Below are positions 48,522 to 60,884 of a DNA stretch of 64,000 bases, piece after piece. Numbering within the stretch: position 1 is the first letter of the stretch; each line of letters opens with the position of its first letter. A model generated the notes under the pieces. The model did no database searches and was not told where the DNA came from. It was given only the letters and a program-made list of their open reading frames with translations. The position numbers and the translations under genes are program-made. Source of the stretch: Octopus sinensis (taxonomy: Eukaryota). The DNA is taken from positions 35,905 through 99,904 of the forward strand of contig NW_021835970.1 of assembly GCF_006345805.1 (NCBI RefSeq), read 5' to 3'.

Positions 48522-50871
48522 CAGTGAACAAAAATAAAAACTGGACATGCTTTTTCTTATAAATTTACAAATGGACAATATTGCAAATATGTTTCAAATT
48601 TATTTTTAACATAGATTAAAGTATTTTTTTATGATATCGAAAATTTAAAACCAAAAAAAAACTGAACAAATTTAAATTACTGAACAAATTTAAAATTGTA
48701 ACTTCTCTGCAAAAAATATTTTAAATTAAAGAAGCTTGAAAAGTGGATGCCAATTTCAACTGTTTTAAATTTACCAAAACATTTACAAAAAAAGGGAAAT
48801 CAGTAACAGCTCAAACAATAAGAAATACCACGAAAAAATTGGTCTGAATGCATATCCACCCACGAAAAGACCACTTTTTACTAAAAACCCTAAACTTCAA
48901 TGATTAAAGCTATGCCAAACATGCAATATGCTCTCGAAATATTTTGGGAGCGAGTTATTTTAAGTGATGAAAGTAAATTTAATATGTAAAATAGTGATGT
49001 AAGAACTTTAGTATGGAGAAATCGCAAGGAAAAATATTTAACAAACAATCTTACAAAAACAGTAAAATTCGGTAAAGGAACTATCATGCCATAATCAATA
49101 TTGGATTTATTAATTTGGTTTTGATAAAAGAGAAGATTGGTGGAGCTTTGCATGTTAACATATTAACGAATAATATGATCTCATTTCTGAACAAAATCAA
49201 ACATAAAGATCCTAGTTTCCAACAAGACAATGATCTGAAACATACTTCGGCAATAGCAAAGAGCTTTTTTTCAAGTAAATAATATCAAATTACTACTATG
49301 GCCAACACAAAGCCCAGATTTAAACCCTATAGATCAGAGGTTTCCAAGCTTTTTTTTACGCGCCTCCCTTAGAGAAAAAGTACAATCTTGCGCCTCCCTT
49401 TATATTCCATAATATAATACAATTATTATTTTATCAAAAACAATTTTTTAAAACAAAAAGTTAATGAGATAATTTTTTTTCCATCTTGGCGCAAAGTTTT
49501 TCAAATCTTGGTGTCATCGCAGAGAGTGCTACTCTTAGCTCATTAGTCACTACTAAACGAGTTCGATATTTAGATTTAATTGCAGCTAGTGCAGAAAATC
49601 CAGTTTCGCATAAATATGAAGTAGCAAATGGCAACAAAACTTTCATTGCTTTATTCGACAAAATTTCATATTCCGTTCTTACATTCACCAAAAAGAAATT
49701 AGCGGTTCTCTCTCAAATTTTTGTTTCAATAATGTATCGCATGACAATTCTATCAATTTTTCTTTTTCAAAGTTGTCAATGCAAATTGATTATCTTCTTC
49801 ATCAATAAATGGATTCTGTATCCATTCGAACATTTTACAGTCGAGATCTTTAAAATAGTGAGCAAAATGCTTCAACAAACAATCCAATGTTCAGCAAATA
49901 TGTCTTTGTTTGCTTCAATGTTCACTATGGCGCAAAAGGTGTTTAAAAGTGGAAACATGTCATAGATATTTTTTTGTATATTTGATTTCCATAATACCAA
50001 TTTTTTCATAAATGCTTTTATTTTGTCCTTTTGAGAGAATAAATGTAGTTGTGGTCCCTGCATTGATTTATTCAATATACTCAATTTACAGGCAAAGCAA
50101 ACAGAGGGGTTTTTCCATAGAATCAACAAAGATACGTGTGAATCCTAACAATAAGTAAGATGGAAAGTATTTTCTTGTCTTTGGAGTGGTATTGATTATA
50201 TTCCAATCATTTTGATTTTTTGAACCATCGTCAAAATCTTTATTATTCGTGAATTTTCTTTTGCAACCACTCAAGAATTTATCCATGTGTTAAAATTATT
50301 TAATTGTCTAATAAATTAAATAAATTTTTGAAAAAATATAATTTTTAAATTAATAACTCTTATTATCGGAATATAGTCACGTTTTTTACATAGATATAAT
50401 TTTCTAAAAATGTTTCTGAATACTTTTCGCCTCCCTTGACACGAGTCAACGCCTCCCTAGGGAGGCGCGCCTCCCATTTGGAACCTCTGCTATAGATAAT
50501 GTTGGGCCTTTATTAAAGAAAAAATCAAAAGAGAGAATTTTTGAAAAAAGAACATTTATTTGCAAAAATATCATCCATTTGGAATTAATCAAAATAGAAT
50601 ACGCAAAAAGTCTTATTAAAGCATGCCAGGCCGAACACTAGATGTAATTAGAGCTAATGGAGGATATAATGGATATTAAATAAATTTGTTCATTTTTTTG
50701 GGTTCTGAATTATCAATGAATGGAAAACCGTATAAATATAATATTTTTTAGACAAACTAAAAAATAAAGCAAAACTTATTTAATGTTTTAAATCGATAGA
50801 AGTTATTTTTAAATATTGTTTCATAGTAAATTCATGAGAAAATGCCTTTTCAATTTTTTTTTTGTTCACTG
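48522..50871 (+). mobile_element. Tc1-like element (copy 2) interrupted by hAT
   Basis: Both TIRs with TA; inverted duplicate of 1390-2594. Confidence 0.92.
49335..50489 (-). mobile_element. hAT (Buster-type) internally deleted transposon
   Basis: TIR CAGAGGTT(T)CCAA; 8-bp TSD CTATAGAT (nnnTAnnn); LLPFATSYLCETGFSAL dimerisation motif; subterminal CGCCTCCC repeats; empty site at ~1772-1779. Confidence 0.95.
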
Positions 50872-51118
50872 TATATATTTACTATTTTTTGGGATAATTT
50901 AGCTTAAGTAATAAATTATATTGGACTAAAAATATTTTGCCAATGATAGAATAACACAGTATTGCGATATTTTATTTATAATTACTTCTAAACGTTTATT
51001 CGTTAATTGTGTTTGAAATTATTTTGAAATTCGTTAAAAAAACTTAACTGGTTGATCTATTGTATTTCGAAAACAATATTACAAAATAACAGCGCATTAT
51101 TCAAATAATTAATTAAAG

Positions 51119-51478
51119 TTAAGAAGTTGGTTTAGGAGTTCCTGCAGTTTTGCGAATCATAAATCCACCAGATGAAATAATAGCTTTCTGAGTTAATTCT
51201 TTTAATTCGTCGTCATTTCCAATTGCAACGACAATGTGACGTGGTTTAATTCTTCTTTTTCCACATTTTACTGCTGTATTTCCAGCAAGTTCAAGCATTT
51301 CAGCCACAGCATATTCCAATACTGCGCACATATATACTGCGGCAGGAATTCCTACTCGCATTCGGGTTTCATGACGGAGACACCGGTGAATGCGTCCAAC
51401 TGGAAACTGTAACCCGGCCCGAACGGATTTGCTTTTAGCCTTTGACCGTACTTTTCCTCCTTTTCCTCTTGAAGACAT
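51119..51478 (-). CDS. H2A: Histone H2A (copy 2, one aa difference)
   Basis: Intact 119 aa. Confidence 0.97.
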   Translation of the reverse strand: MSSRGKGGKVRSKAKSKSVRAGLQFPVGRIHRCLRHETRMRVGIPAAVYMCAVLEYAVAEMLELAGNTAVKCGKRRIKPRHIVVAIGNDDELKELTQKAIISSGGFMIRKTAGTPKPTS

Positions 51479-51646
51479 TATACTCTGCTAACTATTTTTT
51501 GTTTACATAATAAAAAAATGGCATTCCGAAATTTCGTTGAAGATTTTTTTCGGAATGGTCCTTTTTTGCATCAGTCGAAAAAAATTTGGCAATGATACTT
51601 TTTTTGCATAGGTTGAAAATAGTGTTTATTTAGAGAATTTTTCCTA
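51479..51646. promoter_or_regulatory. 168-bp bidirectional H2A/H4 promoter
   Basis: CATTCCGAA (minus box), TTCGGAATGGTCCTTTTTTGCAT, TTGGCAATGATACTTTTTTTGCAT. Confidence 0.72.
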
Positions 51647-51954
51647 ATGTCTGGACGTGGTAAAGGTGGCAAAGGAGGAAAGAGTGGTGCAAAACGATTT
51701 CGAAAGATATTAATTGACAATATACAAGGAATTACTAAGCCAGCAATAAGAAGACTATGTCGAAGAGGGGGGTGTTCGAAGAATTTCTGGAAAAATTTAC
51801 GAGGAGACACGTTCTGTCCTTAAGATTTTTATGAGCAAACTGTTCGTGATTGTATTTCTTACACTGAGCATGCCAAAAGAAAAACTGTTATCGCAAGGAC
51901 GTTGTTAATGCCTTGAAACGTCAAGGTAGGACAATTTACGGATTTGGTGGATAA
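51647..51954 (+). CDS. H4: Histone H4 (copy 2; indels differ from copy 1)
   Basis: ATG TCT GGA CGT GGT .. TTT GGT GGA TAA. Confidence 0.93.
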
Positions 51955-52624
51955 ATTATACATAATTTTTTTAATAAAATACATTGATATTCCTACAAAT
52001 TAACCAGATAAAAATTAGCAATTTCATAAATATACTAACTAGCTTTAAAAAAAAAAACTAAGTAATTTTACTAAGTCCAGAGCCTTCGAAGTGAGCAGAA
52101 CGTGGCACTCCACGCCACCTCCTCTTTTTCTTCCTTTTCTTCTCTGGCACTGTAGACCTTCGAGAAGGTGCAGTCTAGCGCCTCTTGCTGACTAAACGTC
52201 AGGAAAGGGCTGACTGTATAAAGCCTGTAGAGCTTATCTACATCCAACTGTCTTAAGTACCGCTTGTGGTATTTGGTGACCAGTTCATCCCATGTCATCA
52301 CACACAGTTCTTGAAAGGGATCTCAAACTTCGTGCAAAAGTTTCAAAAACTGGGACGACCTAAAATCTTTGCGGGATTTCGCCCGCAACAGAGGGGCATG
52401 GACGAGCAAGAAACAGAAGATTGTTTTGCTTGTGACACGTGTCGGATTATAACTTTGTTAATGTTCTACGGAATGTATTATAATAATAATTTCCTCATGA
52501 CATAACTAATTTATAACTTTCTCGTTTTCTTTATTGTTTTATTTTATTAAGAAATATTTTAATTATCTACTATTACAAATTATTCCTCTCAAAAAATTCG
52601 GAATGCTACTTTTTAAAAAAATTT

Positions 52625-52995
52625 TGTTGGATTAGAAGGAATATTTTGCGATGTAGTTTCTTTTAATTAATAAATTATCTGAAATTTCATCATTTTGTTA
52701 TATTTGCGAGTTTATTCTTTCAATTTGTTTATTTCTCTTATTTCAAATCTTCTCATTTATCTTTATTAATTGAATTTTATTTTATTTTTTGATAGAAAGT
52801 TCTATTCTTTATTATTATGGCAAAATTTTATTTATTTGTTCCCGGATTTGGCGATCTTGTATTTTAGCGCCCTAAATCTAAAATGATCATTTCTTTAAAT
52901 TTAATCATTATGTTATATTTTTATCTAGACTGGTTTTAACTGAACACGAATTTTATTATTGTTAATTATTTCTATAAATTATTATGTCACAGGCC
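52625..52995 (+). repeat. Partial repeat R
   Basis: GGATTAGAAGGAATATTTTGCGATG..GTCACAGGCC. Confidence 0.85.
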
Positions 52996-53104
52996 TGGGT
53001 TGACCGAGCCTAGGTGTTCTACTTTCGGACTTGGAAAAAAAATTTAAAAAATATTTGAACTCTATTCAAAAGATATTTTGGTCAAGATAAATATTATTAA
53101 ATGG

Positions 53105-56100
53105 ACAATTGGTTGAGGTGGTGACGTGCCTCTCTTGCACTAATGTCTATTAAGCATTCGAAACAATCTAATGAACTAACAATCCTTACCTTCAATGTCA
53201 GAGGTCTGAAAACCGTGGCTAAGAGGCACCTTCTATGTACTGATCTCGAAAAATACCAGGGCTCTATATGCTGTCTACAGGAGACTAAAGTAAAACACGG
53301 ACTTGACGAAATACACGGAAATTATCGCCTAATACTGCTTCCCTCAGAATCTATACATTATGGACAAGGATTCGCAATACACAAGAACCACACCTCCAGA
53401 CTATATCGATATTGGAAAGTCAGCGATAGGATCAGCGTCTTACAACTACGTACATCTCAAGCAGCAAGTCGAGGAGACTCACGTCAATTGTCAATGTCTA
53501 CGCGCCACACAGTGGACGTATTCAAAAAAATCCAGAAGAACTTGATATCTTCTATGAGGAATTAGGAAGGACATTAACAGACCTCGGTCTTCGTACTTTC
53601 TGTTTGTTGCCGGGGACTGGAATGCGAAAGTTGGAACCCGTAAGGGAAACGAAAGTTTTATTGGCCATCACGGAAGAGGAATCAGAAACTATCCAGGAAC
53701 TGTTTCTAGCTGAATTCTGTCGGTCTTTGACCTATTCCTATACACACCGGTTTCCAGCCATCCTCCCGCGCGTCACAAAACGACGTGGACTGGCCAACGA
53801 CCCTCACCGACCGCAGGGTCCGTCAACATTTTCAACCAAATTGACTACATCGTCTGTCGAGCCGGGGAAAAATCGCTTCTTCCGAGACTCAAGGTCTTAT
53901 GGAGGTGCAGCTACTTACAGTGATCATAAAATTGTCCTCTGCCAAGTTTGCTATGAAGGACATCAATTGACCTACGACGAAGGGGCCCAACGCTGATGTA
54001 AGGATAAGGCATAAAATCGAACAACTGTGCTCATCTACGCTGGTCAGAGACAACTACCAACTGTCAATCATGAAATCTCTTGGAAACATAAATGCCGAAC
54101 TTTCTCCAGGAGGTGCCTGGGCGGAGACAATGAAAGGGATCCTCTTGGCAGCCGACGAGGCAATTGGCCTTCGGTCGCAAGTACTATGCAACAAAGTATA
54201 CACTCTGATCTCCCTGCCCTCATCAAAGAACAAAAGGAGCTAAGACTACAACTGGAAAACACATCTGATCCGAAGAAGAAACAAATCTTACAGAATAGAC
54301 GTTCATCTACCCAGAAAAAAATCAAAATGTTGAACAAGACAAACTTCACTAACAACTCGACTTAATAGCTGCAGGAATTGAACAGCTAAAGGACTCTTCA
54401 AAAATGTTTACGGCAATCCGCCTACTCAACAGGAAAAACAAACTAACAAACTCAAAATCCATGACAGCAATGGAAGATTCATCACAAATCCCAAAGAGCA
54501 GGCTGAATATATAGCCTCGTATTTCGAGAGTATATTAACCGCTCACGGAGAAATATCCGATTACACCAGCGGATACACCACTCATCTCAGCCTACCTATC
54601 ACCACCGTGAAGTATCAACTGCAATAGCCAAACTTAAAAATGGCCGCTCCTCTGGACCGGATGGAATAAATTCAGAACTGTTTAAATACGGACCGCCTGC
54701 ACTAACAGACAAACTGGCGGAGCTACTCAATGGTATGTTTATGAAAAAGGAATTCCTCGGTCTTGATTCCGGATTATTAATACCGATCCAAAAGCCTAAC
54801 AAGCAGGCTGGGCCTGTCGAAAATCTACGCCCTATAATCTTGCTAAACACCTTACGGAAACTTTTGGGATTAGTTACACTGAACCGAATAAGAGAACAAG
54901 TGGACAACTATCTATCCCCGAGTCATAGTGGATTTAGGACAGGAAGATCCACCGCCGATGCTGTCTGGGCCCACAAGTGGTACTGCGCTATCACCCAGAG
55001 ATACAAAAGTGCAACAACAGTCCTGGGAATAGACCTGTCTAGGGCCTTTGACACGGTACGCCGTGGTCTACTCCTCAAAATACTGGAACAATTCCTGGAC
55101 CCTGACTCTATCATATGATAAGAGTACTACTATCGAACACAAAGCTCAAGGTGCGGGTCGGCACACGGCGTTTTCCCCGTGAATTCACGTGCAACGTCGG
55201 TACCCCCCAGGGAGACGCCCTCTCGCCGTTGCTATTCGTGATCTATCTGGAGACGGCACTACGAGACCTTCGAAAATTCTATGCTGGCAATATCGTCGAA
55301 ATTGTATATGCAGATGACGTCGACTTCGTGTCAGACGACAAATCGGCCTTACTTCGACTCCTTGAAGTGGCACCTGCTGAGCTGAACAGATGGTTCCTTA
55401 AAATGAACGTTGGAAAAACCGACATCGTTGAAATCATGAGGATGGAGAGCAGCTCAAGTGAAGCCTGGCGCAAAACGAACAAACTCGGTTCTCTACTTGG
55501 GGACGGCCATGATATTGTCAGAAGAAAGGCTCTCGCTTGGGCCACGATGAACAAGATAAAGAAAGAGTGGATCGGCAAACGACGACTCTGTACGTCACTT
55601 CGTCTGAGGATGTATGAAGCCTTTGTCAAACAATCCTGACATATAATTCGGCGACCTGGGGAATGTCTAGTACTGAACAACGTGGACTCGATTCTTTTCA
55701 CCGCAGGCAACTTAGATCCCTACTGGGATTGAACTGGCCTATAAGAATCAACCAGGAATCGCTATACAATAGATGCAGAACTGGCCCTCTGAGTGTGGAA
55801 ATCGTCAATATGCGGTGGAGGTTTTTGGCCATATTCTACGAATGGACATGCTTGCCCCAGCTAACATAGCAATGGAGGGCTACTTCCTGAAAAGGGATCG
55901 AGCTTCCGTGACGTCCACGTGTTACGCTGCCGGAAACACTTGACGGAGACCTGAAATGTGTGAAGAAAGGCTAAGGAGTGGTGAGGATCTGGACGAGCTG
56001 AGGAACTCGCTCACGACAGAGGAGGTTGGAGGAGGCTGGTTCAAAGGATTGTTTTTAATGCTGCACGAGTAAAATTATAAACTAATATGATTCTACGTAT

Positions 56101-56122
56101 GTGCAAATAATACTAATAATAA
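53105..56122 (+). mobile_element. RTE-like LINE (APE + RT), near full length, frameshifted
   Basis: ILTFNVRGL, CLQETK, GDWNAKVG, YSDHK, LRPI.LLN, DLSRAFD, GTPQG, YADD; (TAA)n-like tail at ~56105-56122. Confidence 0.92.
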
Positions 56123-56127
56123 TATGA

Positions 56128-56598
56128 CTAATTGACCCAGTGTAATTTTTCTGCACGCCAACTCCTTTTAAGACTACTTATTTTTTCCTCTGTTTTCATT
56201 AAAAAATTCTTATTTTCTTCCATAAGTGCTTCTTTGTAATATTAGAGTGCCACTCCTATTTGTAATAAGCCTTTATTTCTTGGCTTAGATGGAATATTCA
56301 TCAGTGCTTTTAATTCTTTGATTTCTTCATTTTCTTTCTTTCGTCTTTGTTTTTCATGATTTGCATGTTTTCTCCTTTTTTCAATACTTAGCAATAAAGT
56401 ATCTAAAAAATAGTACTTTGCCGAACTGTTTCGATTTTCAGATTTATTTAATGATTGGGGTTTACCTGGTTTTCTACTTTTAACGAGCAAGTCTATATTT
56501 GGAAAAGCAACGTTACTTTCATCCAATATATTGTTGTTGATTAGGTCATTAACACGTGATAGTTCGGAGAATTTGTCTGAATCAATTGAAGATTCCAT
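56128..56598 (-). pseudogene. bHLH(-ZIP)-like transcription factor with one in-frame TAA (56242-44)
   Basis: RRKHANHEKQRRKKENEEIKELKALM basic/helix 1; KGLLQIGVAL*YYKEALMEENKNF helix 2/zipper-like. Confidence 0.55.
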
Positions 56599-56749
56599 AT
56601 TGTAATTTTAATCCGCACCTCTCGTAATTTAATACTTTCTGCGTCGTAGCTTCTTTTATATGATTTTAGCATATTAATTACTGTAAATCACTATAATTTT
56701 ATTTTAACTGCCGATTAGTTTTAATTTATTTTGCGAAAATTTTTAATTT

Positions 56750-57712
56750 ATTTGAATTAAACGAAATCATCAAAAAAAACTAGCTATTATGAACTGGCTC
56801 GCAGGATTGAAAGACAATTTCCGCGTAAAACAGCCAGCGAGATCCTCTGAGTAAGGAATATAAATTCCCTCGGATCTCTGGAGCGGTGGGTTCACAGGCG
56901 GCCAAGTTTCTTGAGATGAGCAAGCTTCTTGCCCCAAAAACACAGGAAGTTTCGACGGCAATTGCCCAAAAGCAAAATCGATCGACTAAATCCTCATATT
57001 TCGTTAGTTTTGCGAATTCTGCCTTCTCGGCCGACGAACCGGGTCGACAAGCCGTAGCATTTAAGGCACCCTTGGCGAAAGAGTCGGAACAGGTGACGTC
57101 CCAAACGACCTGTTTCCCGGATTCAAAAGCAAACAGCGTACAGCCGTCTGGACGTTTTTTCATCTTCAAGAACAATGCCCGTCGGTTCCAGAATACAAGG
57201 GAAACCATCTCTTTCCAGAGCTTTCTGAATTAGGTTGTTGATTTCGGTGTGCCGAGGAAATCGCCGGCGCTCATTCGACAAGACAAGGATGTATCCCAAA
57301 GGCGTCCTTTATCCCCCACAACGACATGGGTGAGTCTGCAGACAGGAGTCCAAAGCGATTACAGATACCCGACGAGGAATTCCTATCGAGGACAGTATCC
57401 AAAAGCGGGAAGGGAGAACATTCACCAGGAGCCTGAGTATGGCTGACAGGGCGGATCGGAAACAAGCCAGTCTGTGTTGGTCGAGAAGTGGTTCCAATTC
57501 AGTTGAAGATCGACGGAAAAGAATTTTGTCCCAGTCTCGCTGAGAAAAGACATCGGAAGGGACTTCAGAGAAATTGCGTTTCCAAAAAGCGAGGCCGAAT
57601 CAATATCAGAGTCCAACGATGATTCAGTAGTTTTTCCAGATCTTTTGGACAAGAAGATATGATCCAGCGAGTCTAAAAAACTTCTCTCTCCCGCATCGAT
57701 TATTAACAGCAA
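56750..57712 (-). mobile_element. CRE-2 family 3' ~1 kb
   Basis: QHRLAC, CRCG, RH.EIN, WDVTCSDSF, AVETS; 3' part nearly identical to 21300-21623. Confidence 0.9.
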
Positions 57713-57719
57713 CTCGCCC

Positions 57720-60175
57720 TATTCGATCATTGTACTTCTCTGTTTCCCTCCCAGTTCGATTCCCTCCACTCTGACTACACAAATGTCGCCCCTTCTGTGG
57801 TTAACACTAAAACTTCCTCCGATTGCATTTACCTCCGTCGTAAGGTGAACAGCAAGCTGTTGGATGGCGATGTCCGTGGAGCTGTCAGACTTGTTGCCTC
57901 CTCTAACCGGCTTTTGTCCCCATCTCCTTCCGTTTGGTCTAATTTGAGATCCAAGCACCCCAGTCTTCCAGTCTCCCGCACCCAACCCGTTACTGCTGGT
58001 TACGCGCTTCACAGGTTGAGAAGGCACTGAAAAGTTTTCCCAACAGCGTAGTGGGGGTATAGATGGGCTGAAGCCCGGACACATTAAAGACTTGACATCA
58101 CCTCTTACTGCTGAGGCAGGCCGTCTCCTCTTGGAATCTATCACCAATCTCTGTAACCGTCTTATCGGTGGGAATTTACCGGATTTTGCCCGGGCGATTT
58201 TTCTTCTCGGCTAATCTCACTGCTTTGGGTAAAAAAGTAACGGGGTCAGGCCGATCGCCGTGGGTAATGTTTTCCGCAGATTGGCCGGAAAGCTCGTTTG
58301 CCACGTTGTGATCCCCGAGTTGGTCCCGAAATTTTTTTGCCAGTCCAATTGGGCGTCGGCGTCAGTGGAGGGTGTGAATCGGCTGCCCATGCCGTAAGAG
58401 AACTTATGATTCTTCATTGGAATATCTTTTAGTTAACTGGACATATCAAATGCGTTTAACACAGTGAGACGGGATCATTTGCTCGAGACCTGCCTTTCTC
58501 TCGCCCCCTCCGCTTATCCTCTGGTCCACCTTTCGTACTCACATAACCCAGCCTCCTCCTGTTTGGCGATTCCTTTATCGTCTCATCGACCGGAGTGCAA
58601 CGGGATCCCCTGGGGCCTTTCCTCTTTGCTATGTGTGTCAACTCCGTCGCTCATTCTGTCGCTCCGCTCTCCGGTAAATATCTGGTACTTGGACGACGCG
58701 ACGATTTGTGGACCTCCCCCTCTGTCTTAGACGACCTGCGGAGTCATTATCCCGGCCCTTTCATCCATCGGTCTGGAGATAACTCAAGCAAGTCCGAAGT
58801 CCTAAAATCTGAATATTCCTTCCGATTTTTTGCCGAAACTCTGGACGCCCTGAAACCTATTCTAAAAGCGCGCGGGTATCAGAAACAAAGGACCTTGTAA
58901 TCCTTGGTTCGCCAATTGGTCACGAGGCCCTCTCACAACGCTCATCGCCAGGCACAGCAATCTGTCAAAAATGATCGACGGCTTTTTTCCTCATTGATGC
59001 CCACGTCGGGTTCTTTCTTCTGCGTAACTATTCTCAACTCCGAGGCTTTTGTACACCTAAGGAATTCTCCTGTTTTCGCATGCCTAATCTGTTATCCGAT
59101 ATCGATTCTATCTTGAAGTCTGGAGCCGAGTATCTGTGCAACATCCATTTCGACGCTCTGGGGTGGCTTCAATCTTCCTGCCTGTTAATCTTGGGGGATT
59201 GGCCTTCGTTCGCCCGTTTATCTGGCTCTTCCTGCCTTCCTCTCGTCCTGGCATCATCCCTGCCCTCACTGACATCGTTCTCAGGAACCTCCCGAACGAA
59301 AAGTGTCAGTTGATCACGTTGGCCGTTCGCTGGACCTTTGGGACTCTGCGTATACCAAAAGACCTGCCGACCCATCCGTTCCAGGGTCAGTGGGACTCGA
59401 TCACTTGTGACACTCTCTCCTCTGTCCTGCTTCAGAGTTTCGACCAGCACAGGCTGGCCTGTCTTCGTGCGGGCTGCAGTCCGGGCAGTGGGGCCTGGCT
59501 TGACGCCCTTCCCCTACCGAACATCGGGACATTACTAGACGACGACTGTCTCAGAGTCGCTATTTCTCTGCGTCTCGGTTTGAAGATCTGTGAAATTCAC
59601 AAGTGCCGCTGTGGGCCATGATCGACCAGCACGGACTACACCCTCTTTTCTGCAGACGCAGTGCTGGGCGGGCACCACGCCACACAGCCTTAAATGACGT
59701 CGTCTTGAGGGGTCTCATCGCTGCCGGAATTCCATCAATTCTAGAACCGGCCGGGCTTGCTAGGGGAGACGGAAAAAGACCAGACGGTCTATCCACCTTC
59801 CCCTTTGAGTTCGGCAAGTCGCTGATTTGGGACGCGACATGTTCAGATACTTTCTCTGAACCTAATCTTCCCTTGTCAGCCGTCGCAGCCGGTTCGGTGT
59901 CCCTTAGAACAGAAAAGCTTAAGATTGCAAAATATAGAGAACTCTCGGAGCGATATCTATTCGCCCCTGTTGCTGTCGAGACTTCAGGGGTCATTGGGGA
60001 AAAGTCTTTGACTTTCCTCTATAAGCTCGGACGTCTGATCTCTCTGAAGAGAAATGACACACGCGAGACGGGCTGGCTCCTTCAGAGGATTTCCCTTGCC
60101 ATCGTACGAGGAAACTGTTTCTCCATCTACGAAGCGGGGAAGTCCTCTAACTAACTTCATCACATTTGATAAAAA
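57720..60175 (+). mobile_element. CRE-like family 5, 5'-truncated, many indels
   Basis: RPIAVGN, QRDPLGP, WYLDD, QHRLAC, KRPDG..WDAT..AVETSG..QRIS. Confidence 0.92.
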
Positions 60176-60884
60176 ATTATATACACCAAAAAAAAATTAT
60201 GTCTAGTATTGACACTAATCAATACTTTACAATCTGATTTATGCTCTAAATGAATGCATCTTTTTTGCAGTGAAAATATATTGGAGAGGAGTGTCATCTT
60301 TGAATCGAATCTTAATGTTGGAACCAGATTTGATGGCATGCGCATATTATAGTGTACCACTAAAATATATAACCATCAATTTAACTCCCTCCAATTTAAT
60401 CGATCGGATTAAAGTGTTTTAAAAGAAGAGTCAAGCTTAACAAAAAAAACGAAAAACGTGAAAGAATAAACGGTTAAATACGAATTCAATGTGTTTTGAA
60501 TTGTTGCAAATTTTTGATATTTAGGAGTCTTGTTTTTTCTTTGCTTTTGTAAAGTGGCTAGAGCGAAGCTATTTAAAGGTAAAGGTTTCAGCAAAGTCAG
60601 CGATCTTAACAAATTTAAAAGCATGCGCCATTTTGTATGAATCACGTTGTTGTTAGAAGTTTGTTGGGGTTAGAATATTCTACTAACTATTCTTGTATGT
60701 TCGACTAACGCTACAATTGATTTGATCCAAGTCGCAAATGTAATTTGTAAATCTCCAACCGCCCCGAGGGCCCGGACTTCGGAACACCATAATGAATCTT
60801 TACGAACTTCTATTTAAGAATGCAGAGGATATAAACGACTTTATTTATGATTGGGAGCGGAATCTTCTTTTAAGTCTTTGCAAG

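Noticed and set aside
47671-51954. Calling both H4 copies pseudogenes
   Set aside because: Indels are single-base, mostly in homopolymers, and differ between copies; the consensus is an intact ~102-aa H4. Read error is more likely.
56242-56244. Stop-codon reassignment to explain in-frame TAA/TAG
   Set aside because: All histone genes terminate at TAA, and long ORFs translate normally with the standard code.
56745-56756. AATTTATTTGAA next to the CRE-2 tail as the same target as at 21246
   Set aside because: Opposite orientation relative to the element; better read as the element's own AATAAA plus short A-run.
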